NCBI GenBank assembly: GCA_951406725.2
Contig: OX597829.1
Span: 34,968,001 to 35,032,000 of the forward strand
Direction of reading: 5' to 3'
Length of the DNA: 64,000 nucleotides
Origin: Octopus vulgaris
Taxonomy: Eukaryota
Part shown: one piece after another, positions 54,022-64,000 of the stretch
How positions within the stretch are numbered: the first letter of the stretch is position 1
How the letters are laid out: each line of letters begins with the position of its first letter
Notes under the pieces: generated by a model
What the model saw: the letters and a program-made list of their open reading frames with translations, nothing else
Told to the model about the DNA's origin: nothing
Databases searched by the model: none
Program-made: the position numbers and the translations under genes

Positions 54022-54575
54022 GAGTGAGAGAGCAGTGCATGCCATCAAAGTGACACTGGGGTAAAATACACGAAGCCCAGTATACCCATCATGACTACCC
54101 GTCTGATAAGGGTACACTAGGCATATGCATCACAACCATATGTGCGCGACGTGGTGATCTAATATCAAGATTAACAGCATATGACCTTGCAGGTGGGGCC
54201 TAGTTAAAATTTTCTTCTGGTCGAGTAACCCATCCCGCTTAAAAGTCCACGAATAAGGGGTGTTTAAGGATGTTGAACGAAACACTCATGTTTCCAGAGG
54301 TGAATTATTCAAACCCCAAAGAATTCCTCTCAACACATGGCAATGATGCACCCACACTACTTCTGCTCATGATCAGAGATGCACATATCGTCAGTCACTA
54401 AGGGACATGCTCAACTGGTTAAGGTCAAACAACTGACAAGTAAATATGTGGTATTGAGCAGAATATTTGCTGTAGCCTATCTTTTTTATACCAAGACAAA
54501 ACATTTGCATGATAACACTTCCAATCAGTTAAGATCAGAAGGCACGAGAGCCACTGCCTGGTACTGCATCAGGGC

Positions 54576-54647
<72 letters not shown>

Positions 54648-55230
54648 CATTATTATTATCATTATTATTATTGAGTGAGAGAGCAGTTCATGCCATCAAA
54701 GTGACACTGGGTTAAAATATACGAAGGCCAATATACCCATCATGACTACCCGTCTTATAAGGGTACACCAGGCACATGCATCACAACCATATGTGCGCGA
54801 CGTGGTGATCTCATATCAAGATAAAAAGCACATGACCTTGCAGGTGGGGCCCAGTTAGAATTTTTTTCAGGTTGAGTAGCCCATCCCGCTCAAAAAGTCC
54901 CTGAATAAGGGTTATTTAAGGATGTTGAAAGAACCACCCATGTTTTCAGAGGTGAATTATTCAAACCCCAAAGAATTCCTCTCAACACATGGCTATGATG
55001 CTCCCCCACTATTTCTGCTCGTGATCAGAGATGCACATATCGTCAGCCACTAAGGGACATGCTCAACTGGTTAAGGTCAAACAACTGACAAGCAAATCTG
55101 TGGTATTGAGCAGAATATTTGCTGTAGCCCATCTTTTATACCAAGACAAAACAATGTACATGATAACACTTCCAATCAGTTAAGATCAGAAGCCATGAGA
55201 GCCACTGCCTGGTACTGCATCAGGGCATTT
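54022..55230 (-). mobile_element. Two tandem full family X elements (54022-54579, 54673-55230) separated by (TTA)n
   Basis: Identical termini, each flanked by (TTA)n on both sides. Confidence 0.92.
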
Positions 55231-55594
55231 ATTATTATTATTATTATTATTGTTATTTATTATTATCGTTTACATATTAATTAATTTACATATTAATTTT
55301 GATATTTAAAAAAAAATACATACAACTATAATTACAATATGCTTTTAAAATAATTTCCGTTAGAACTTCCAATTGTATATATATATAGGTATAACTATTC
55401 ATGTACATATATGAATATGCCTTTCCGTATCTTTGTGTAGGAGAGAGTATACGTGCGCGTGTGTGCGTGTGTGTGTATACTTGTCTGTTTATACAGACAT
55501 TTAAAACGCTGTATTGTTTATATTCATAGCCTTCAGAGTGCGAAGCGCTCCTCACTAACACAGGTTCGTGAGATGTTTATGATTAGTAAACAGC

Positions 55595-55965
55595 TTTGAG
55601 TAGGAGCTAGAAAAAGAAGCACACTGAATTCGTAAAACGGAAGAGAAGAACAAGACAAATTACATCAAATTTGCGTGATAGTGGTGTCAGAGGTAGTATG
55701 CAGACGATCATATAACTTGTTTTATTCTCCTCTTCCGTTTTACTTTGACATGCGCGTTGCGTTTTTCATTCTTCCCTTCCGTTTTATGAATTCAGTGTGC
55801 ACATGCCCATTACGTGTTCATACTTCGCCTTCCAGTTCCTATTCAAAACTTTTTATATATCACAACCATCGCATGAACGTGCGTTCGCGAGGAGCGCTCC
55901 GCGCTCCGATGGTTGTGAAGTAAATACGCAATGCGCATGTCAAAATAAAACAAAAGAGAAAAATA
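55595..55965. repeat. Interlocking inverted-repeat cassette
   Basis: 55619-50 pairs with 55769-800; 55595-619 with 55823-47; 55723-65 with 55922-65; hairpin at 55861-917. Confidence 0.75.
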
Positions 55966-56329
55966 CATACGCAGTGTCAAACCAGTTATATGATGGTTTG
56001 CTTGCCACGTCTGACAGCACTTCAACGCAGCTTTACTGTAATTTTCTTGTTTGTATATATTAATAGCCATTGTGCGTGGAAGAAAATGCGTCTTGTTATT
56101 TTTAAAAAATGTCTTTCAGCGTTCATGGCTTAAAATTGATTGTATACAAATGTATCTTCTTAACACAAATATTGATTTATTTTCTCTGCGTGTGAGTGTT
56201 TTTGACTTTATATATGTGCATATGTAAGTATAAACATATGTAACAAAGTTCGAAATGTGTGTTTTATCATACATATATAAAAGGTTGGTGTCTGTCTGTG
56301 TGCATGAGGATGTGTGTATGTATGTTCTT

Positions 56330-57700
56330 TTCTGTATCTAAATATTTAAATTCTTTCTCTACGGAAGGAACTGGTTTCTAAACAAAGATACAAAGCTCCA
56401 TCGTTGCAATGTAGATAAGGAAAACAATGTCAATTTTATACCAGGTTTTTTTGGTATAAATGTAAATTTGTAAGCTCAATACAGAAGTTGAAGGTTTCGA
56501 AGCAGTTGTTCTATAGCTAACTTCTTGCTCTCGATTTTCAAAGTGATGTTTACGTCAGCAGGACAGCTGGCCTCTATGGCAGTATGTATTTTTTCCCGTT
56601 TATTCCATACAATATCCAGCCTGTTATGCTTACATTTAACAGATAATTTTTTTATGGGAATGTTTCACTAGTATTCCTTGTGGTGATGTTTGTGTACGCA
56701 TTCAATAACGTGGGGATTCTCTATATTTATTCCAGGACAGCCTTTTTTCCGGATGGCATTGTATATTGTTTTTGCGACAACATCATATCGCTTAAGGAGG
56801 TAATACCATGAAGACATGTTAAGGCCGCTGTTAATCACATGTGTGATGTCTTCCATAAAAACATGTTATAATCTACATTTTCGGTTATATCTTGGAACTC
56901 CAAAGGCTTCACTCTCTCTTTTGTTGATTAGGCATTTATTAGTAATCTTCTGCCCCTGAATAGCAAATGCGTAGCCTTCGAAGTGTGATGCAGCGGCCAT
57001 AGGCAACGAGAAACGTCGTTTCATGTCAATATTACTGTCTTCTTCAACTCTCCACCAATGCGTATTTTTTTTTTTGGTATGTCAAGCGTTTCACATTCAG
57101 GCCGTCTTTGAGGTATGTTCGTCCTGCTGATTTGGGTTGTATGAGGTCATCAGGAAGAGAGTGCTTCTGGAGGAGCTCACTGCCGACATGTAGGATATTG
57201 TCTACTTCAGTTTTCAGCACTAAGTTAATGCATTTAATTTTGCAGCTGTTGTTTAGCAAGTGCTGTCTGAGAGAGAGAGAGAGAATACGATATTCGAATG
57301 CTGTCGGCACCGATCACAAGCCTCTACCTCCTTCATCTCTTTTTAGGTACAACCTGTCGATGTCACAATTTCTGTGGAGATTTCCAGTTGATGACAGTAG
57401 CATGCGGGTTTTAATGTCTATGGAGTGCATTTCCTCTACAGACTAGTCAAGTATTAAACCTAGTCAAGTATTCAAACTAGTCAAGTATTCAACCTAGTCA
57501 AGTATTCAAACTAGTCAAGTATTCAAAATGCTGGAATCAACACTGGTACTGCGAATGCATTGTGGGATATTGTGTTGTTGTTAGAGGAAAGTTCTAACTG
57601 CCATATTTTTCTAGTCTGGTATAATATATCTGAGTCACTCTATGTTCAAAGTACCTTCGTATGATACGTTTTCATCAGTGTGAGGGGCTTGCAGCATATG
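56330..57700 (-). mobile_element. Decayed (CATA)n-associated RLE LINE fragment
   Basis: EDITHVINS...RYDVVAKTIYNAIRK, EGYAFAIQ, DRLYLKRDEGGRGL, HNAFAVPV. Confidence 0.82.
57443..57527. repeat. Five copies of a 17-bp minisatellite inside the LINE
   Basis: ctagtcaagtattMaaM x5. Confidence 0.92.
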
Positions 57701-57798
57701 CTTGCTCATATGTAAGTTAATGTGTATATATGTGCACAAGTGTATGTATATGTGTGAATATGTTTATATAAATATATATTTTGTTTGTGTGTGCGTGC

Positions 57799-57830
<32 letters not shown>

Positions 57831-57949
57831 ATGTGTGTGTATAAACATACATGTATGTGTATATATGCTCATACGTACATATATCGAAGTTCGATAAGCT
57901 GTTTATGCTCATATGTACATATATCGAAATTCGATAAGCTGCTTATGCG

Positions 57950-57997
<48 letters not shown>

Positions 57998-58000
<3 letters not shown>

Positions 58001-58345
58001 CGCAGGAGTAGCTTGTTTACCAACCACATGGTTCCGGGTTCAGTCCCACTGCGTGGCACCTTGGGCAAGTGTCTTCTACTATAGCCTCGGGCCGATCAAA
58101 GCCTTGTGAGTAGATTCGGTAGACGGAAACTGAAAGAAGCCCGTCGTATGTATGTATATATGTGTATGTATGCGTGTGTGTGTTTGTGTGTCTGTGTTTG
58201 TCCCCGTTACTTAGCGGTTCGGCAAAATAGACCGATAGAATAAGTACTGGGCTTACAAAAGAATAAGTCCCGGGGTCGAGTTGCTCGATTAAAGGCGGTG
58301 CTCCAGCATGGCCGCAGTCAAATGACTGAAACTAATAAAAGAGAG
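57998..58345 (+). mobile_element. SINE S2
   Basis: B box gggttcagtcc, ggcaccttgggcaagtgtctt core, S2 tail. Confidence 0.87.
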
Positions 58346-58360
58346 AGAAAAGAGTAAAGA

Positions 58361-58397
<37 letters not shown>

Positions 58398-58470
58398 CAT
58401 ACATACATATATATATGTATACACACACACACACATATATATATATACATATATATATGCATACATATAT

Positions 58471-58503
<33 letters not shown>

Positions 58504-58579
58504 CATACACATACGCACACACATACATATATACATACACACATACACACACGCACACACACACATACACATATAAACA

Positions 58580-58914
58580 CACTCATACCTCGGTACTACG
58601 GACTTCCCTTTAACGGCTTTCGGAAGCAGCGGACAAAATCACGGCATGTCAACAACATCTCTTCACCATCCACGGTAAGTCTGATTTTAAATTAAAAATG
58701 TTGAATTTACTGCATTATAGTGTATAATTGCAGCGCACAGGTATTTTATACCGTCAGACTGGACAGTGTGCTTGATTAAAAGTACAGAACTGTATTTATT
58801 CCTCTGTCTTTCCTAATGTAATTGTTGATATTAGCCACTCCTAACGTAACCTAACCTTAGTGTCGCTACCTACCGATGTACCCTACCATTTAGTTCTCAA
58901 GTACCGCGGTATGA

Positions 58915-58917
<3 letters not shown>
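58580..58917. mobile_element. pogo/Tigger-like MITE
   Basis: TIRs cactcatacctcggtact / agtaccgcggtatgaatg, followed by TA. Confidence 0.65.
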
Positions 58918-58949
<32 letters not shown>

Positions 58950-58952
<3 letters not shown>

Positions 58953-59054
58953 CTTACTGAAGAATCTGAGGGCCTGTGGAAGATTGGCTTGATTTAATTT
59001 AATCAGGTTAGTTTACCATTAATCAGCAGATGAAACGGTATATCGTATAAGAAA
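58950..59054 (+). ncRNA. Type I hammerhead ribozyme (Penelope/retrozyme-like)
   Basis: tttctta-CTGAAGA-atctg[..]cagat-GAAAC-ggtatatc-GTA|taagaaa; predicted cleavage after 59047. Confidence 0.82.
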
Positions 59055-59394
59055 TTACAGGGTAAATGTTTTTAAAATTTTCTCCTGGTTTACTGAATTA
59101 ACTTTTATTTGCGGTTGAAGCTTTGGCTGTTATTTCTAGTGGGTGAATGGCCTATTATGGCCGTTCCTTTATTGTTGATGTTGAACTTAAAAATGGTCTA
59201 TGACTATTTTAATTTTTTCCTACTAGGCCGCTGGTGGCAAAAGAATTCTACAAAATTTTTTTTGCCACCCTATATTGATTAAATATATATATATATATAT
59301 ATATATATGATGTTTAAATGCCGTTTTATTGTATTTTTATTTATTTATTCCATGTAATCATTTGTGTTTATTTACAATTTTTAACTCACCCCAT

Positions 59395-59489
<95 letters not shown>

Positions 59490-59511
59490 CATGCATATAT
59501 ATATATATATA

Positions 59512-59657
59512 TCCACTTTTTCCTATTATTCCTTTCTGCCGAAGAGCGTAGGCTCGAAACGTAAAACACTTTTCCATTCTTCCCGAGCGTTAAACTAACA
59601 CACCTTGTTGTGCCTACGCCTGTCTTCGTCTTTTTGTTTTTTTGTAAATTTGAACTA
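59512..59657 (+). mobile_element. Short (TA)n-associated element with variant hammerhead-like motif
   Basis: ttt-CTGCCGAA-gagc gtag gctc-GAAAC-GTA|aaa at 59533-59566; copies at 31990-32185 and 36922-36987. Confidence 0.6.
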
Positions 59658-59991
59658 TATATTATACGCTAACGTTGTTATCCCAGTTTGATCCTACCTG
59701 ACTGAACTTCCTACTATCTTGGACTCACCAACTTCACGAACTTTCAGTACCTCCCCTCATCCACATACCAGCTTTCCACCCGGATTACTATTGGATCTTT
59801 GTACTCTTTAGGTCTGTAGCTTCACGGACCTCACTGGCTATTTTCGTTGATGAAAATAATGGATCTAGTCTACCACGACTTTTAAACTTTCTGAACTTTT
59901 GAACTCTCTACGGTAATAACTTTGCCATTCTCTCTCCATTTTAACTTTTTTCTCTTTCTTTCTTTTTCTCCTTTTTTGTAAATTTGAACAT

Positions 59992-60151
<160 letters not shown>

Positions 60152-61242
60152 ACTCCAGCCCTTTCTTTAAATCTTTATAACATTTGCACCCAACTCACTT
60201 ATTTGTAAGAAACCTATTGAACCGTTCTTTGCATTTTTGCATTTTATGTATCCGTTTGAGTCCTTGCGGCTAATAAAAGGATTCCTCTTCTTCTTCTTCT
60301 TCTTCTTCTTCTGATGATGATGATGATGATGATGACGACGACTACGACGACGACGACGACGACGACGATGATGATAAAGCTGTTGATTTTCTCTAATAAC
60401 TATAGACTTGTCATAGCAGTATTCATCGAAAATATCTAGATTGTTTCTTGATTAAAACAATTTTCATTTGATGGATGTCTGTCATCTGACATTATTCTCC
60501 TAATTTGGAAGTATGCGATGCTTGACGTTAGTTTATCATTGTTGTCGTTGTTGTAGTAGTGGCAATCGTTGTTGTTGTCGTTGTAAACAATTTTACTGTA
60601 ATAAATATAGATAGAATATTCAATTGTGACAGTTTTCAGACTGTATTGTACTATACGTCTATTGACCACATATTTGGTATGGTGTAGCGTAGGTCGAGTG
60701 ACCATCGGATATGAGCTAGATGTTAGTCGGGTGACCACAGATCGAGTTTGATGTAGGTGTAGGTGCAGGTCCCGAAACCGCACATCTAATATGGTATAGG
60801 TGTAACTTTACTAACCACACATGTATAAGTACAGTCCGGTGACCTTACATCTGCTATGACATTCAATGTATCATATCTTATTGATGGTAGGGTGTAATTT
60901 GAGGAATAACCTTATCATTGTTTGCAGGTAAGGGTTCAGCTGTAGTTATGTTCAGGAATTATTGGAGCTCATCAGCATAACATCTTGAAATTATCTCTCT
61001 TCTTTCTTTTGAGAAACAATTATTGATCCGCTGGAATTATCAACTGCTAGAATGGTGAGCTCTACCATTCAAAAGCGAATAAAACATTTTCTACTCTATC
61101 GCATTTTTACAAGAGCAAATCCACCCAAAGTAGAATGGAATGTACTCTAATTGGTTTTGAGTTCTTTTAAATATTACAACTATCCTATCACCAACTTAAT
61201 GCGGCAGGCTAGGCCGTTTCCTACCGATGGTTCTACAGGTTA

Positions 61243-61479
61243 AGGCGGCGAGCTGGCAGAAACGTTAGCACGCCGGGCGAAATGCGTTGCGTAGCCGTAT
61301 TTCGTCTGCCGTTACGTTCTGAGTTCAAATTCCGCTGAGGTCGACTTTGCCTTTCATCCTTTCGGGGTCGATAAACTAAGTACCAGTTACGCACTGGGGT
61401 CGATGTAATCGACTTAATCCGTTTGTCTGTCGTTATTTGTCCCCTCTGTGTTTAGCCCCTTGTGGGTAGTAAAGAAATA
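61243..61479 (+). mobile_element. SINE S1 with ~10-bp TSD
   Basis: Full consensus; ggttctacag repeated on both flanks. Confidence 0.9.
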
Positions 61480-63719
61480 GGTTCTACAGTATGGAGAATT
61501 TCCCATTAGATCTTGGATTGTCAAATTTAGTGAATTTCTGGATAGTCTGCATGTTCTATGCGAAAACTTTTCCTCAAAAAAGTTGTATTACTGAAAAAAC
61601 TCTCCTCATTGCTTTCTTGAGAATATGACTCGAATATTTTTTTAAATTCGCTATCAATAACTACCGAGTTGGTGGTTTTCATAATTTTTGTGTGTTCATT
61701 TTTTTACATCTCATTTTCGTTAATATTATTAGCTCCTTTATTGTTAGATCGGTTATCCAATGACATTGTTATTCATCAGTTCTTTAATCGTTTATTATTA
61801 TTATTATCATCTAATCATATTTCATTAAAATCCTTTATTATGGATTTTACTGCTACCTGTTACTTCCTATCTTTAATGGGAAGGCGAGTGACATTAATAT
61901 CCTTCATCCTTTCGCCTAAACCTTTGCCTAGAAGTGGCCTGTGAGCTTTACTTGGGTTAATTTAAAGGAAAAGAAAAAAAGTTATCTACATTCATGCTAT
62001 AGATTGCGAAAGTAATTTCTCTTACGATATTTAATTACCGACGTTTTCTGTTTTCTTTTTCCAGCTAAGAGGGTCATTTGAATTAATTGAGAATTTTCTG
62101 TGTATATTATTTAGTTGAACAACCCTTAACTTATTTATCTAAATACATAGCGTTGACCCACTGTAGCTATTTCCCATTTCTCATTTCATTTTTTAATTAT
62201 GCAAATTGATACTAAATAAAAGACTTAGTAATTCTTTTTAGTGATTGTCCCCGATGTAATACTACACAGTTCAGATATTTAATTAGTCTTTTTTTTTAAA
62301 CATGACAACTATATATCTGCCGATTTGCCATTAATGATTGGTACAAAAATGAATTTTAAAGAGAAAAATATCTTCTTATTTTCTTACTGAAAATATTCGT
62401 ACAAAACTAATTGTGTCAAGGTAACTAACCGTTAGTAGAATGTTTCTTTACAATAGTCCTTTGTTTTTAGTGGACAGTAATATTTTTGAACTGCTTCTCT
62501 GTAGTCTGTTGGCATTTGGGAAACATTTCGATGAAAAACGAACTTCGTAATCTCACGTTCATATCTACTCCTATATTTGTAGTTTCTGTTTCAGACTCTA
62601 ATACATTTGTTCACTGTATATGGTTATGCTTAATAAAATGGCATATAGTTATTTGAATATCTTCCTTCGAAATATATGGATATTGCACAGAAGCAAGAAA
62701 GGGGTCGCATTTAGCCAATAGTGAAGTATGCTGAAGATGCCTGATCGAATAAAAAGGAATAAATATCCATTGAACCCCCAGCGTATTGGAGCACTATTTG
62801 AGAGATAAGAATTTGCCTCCTGGTGATTTTATTCTATACTAAGAAAGTAACCAGAATACCATTTTATGCTATTTACGACTGCAAGATTACTACTGCTATT
62901 AACATAATCTCATCCCTAAAACGATGACAACGACGACGACGATGATAACTATGAACACCGCTCACCGCCACCGTCGCCATTATATAAATATATATAATTC
63001 TCTCTCTTTCTTTCTCTCTCTCTCTTTATATATATATATATATTTGTTTCAGCTCAGAGCTGCGGCCATGCTGATGCACCGCCGTTATATATATATATAT
63101 AATATAAATAATATATAAATATATATGCATACATACACATATATACGTACATACATATATTTGTATATACATGCATATTTGGGCACAGGACACCACGGAG
63201 CGTAAACAACATAAAATAAATATAAAATACGAAAACAAAACATGAAATACAAAATACGACAACGTGGAATACAAATTTTTTTGCGAACAACGAAAGAAAC
63301 AAACGAAAAACAAGACAGGCAACACGTAAAAACGACCCTTCATCAGTTGTTGGTTGTTTTTCTACTTCATATTTCGAGCATTTCACAAGATACGTTTTCG
63401 ACATAACAGTTGATCCCGCAAAGCAAATTAAATGAAATTTTGGATTTTACGGAGAGTCAAAGTTGATAACAAAATCAAGACAGTGAAAACTGACAGGAAC
63501 GGCTGCTAAGCCTAGACGAGTTAAGTTGGTGAACGTGGAGAAACAAGCTCTGACAGGAGACAGACAAGAATGCGTCCAACCCCTATGGCTGATCAGAGAG
63601 AAAGAAGGAAATTCAAGTAAGGAGAAGAAAGATGGCCGTCAGTCACGTGCGAGCCACGAGAGAGCAAAGGCGGAAAAGTGAAGGAGAGAGAGAGGGACAG
63701 ACAGAAAACGCCGTTCTCT

Positions 63720-63972
63720 GTGAGAGGATTTGGTAAACAGAAACTGATAGAAGCCCGTCGTATGTATATGCTTATATAAATGTATATGTTTGTGTGTCAG
63801 TGTTTGTCCCCCACCATCGCTTAGCAACTGATGTCTCCGTAACTTAGCGGTTCGGCAAAAGTCACCGATAGAATAAGTACTAGGCTTACAAAGAATAAGT
63901 CCTGGGGTAAATTTTTTCGACTAAAGGCAGTGCTCCAGCATGGCCGCAGTCAAATGACTGAAACAATAAAAG
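63720..63972 (+). mobile_element. SINE S2 3' part
   Basis: gatttggtaaacagaaactga..gaagcccgtcgt...cagcatggccgcagtcaaatgactgaaac. Confidence 0.82.
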
Positions 63973-64000
63973 AAATATATATGTATATATATATAGGCAC

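Noticed and set aside
57443-57527. CRISPR-like array
   Set aside because: Head-to-tail repeats without spacers, in eukaryotic DNA with no cas genes.
60436-60783. 115-aa minus ORF
   Set aside because: TTG/GTG-type start, low-complexity segment, no recognisable domain or clear splice signals.
60940-60982. Minus-strand gttatg-CTGATGA...cataac
   Set aside because: Lacks GAAA, stem III and NUH; at best a deleted relic.
63320-63400. Minus-strand CTGATGA and GAAA motifs in a possibly Penelope-like fragment
   Set aside because: No consistent stems could be built.

Overview
AT-rich, extremely repeat-dense eukaryotic (metazoan) DNA. The SINE families and huge (TA)n/(CATA)n/(TTA)n/(CTAT)n tracts suggest an octopod cephalopod (inference). 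No intact host protein-coding gene is evident; almost all long ORFs in the track are microsatellite read-throughs or decayed transposons. Contents: a 5'-truncated Tx1/L1-clade LINE inserted in (CTAT)n; a near full-length R4/Dong-type RLE LINE (minus) interrupted by a Hero-clade LINE (plus); further R4/Dong and RTE fragments; a Gypsy gag-protease relic; two Tc1/mariner relics; two tail-to-tail non-autonomous Helitrons; hAT and Tigger-like MITEs; at least four tRNA-derived SINE families; and a ~555-bp non-coding element sitting in (TTA)n tracts. The most interesting signals are in RNA. (1) The Hero 3' UTR carries a correctly spaced CCAAT/E-box/TATA/Inr promoter followed by a complete hammerhead ribozyme core whose strands are in non-circularly permuted (pseudoknotted) order. 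(2) Several unrelated short elements in (TA)n tracts carry minimal hammerheads with palindromic stem III (Penelope/retrozyme type), some inside long inverted duplications. (3) The commonest SINE shares its 42-nt 3' tail with the Tx1 LINE. All folds and alignments were done by eye; coordinates of decayed elements are approximate.
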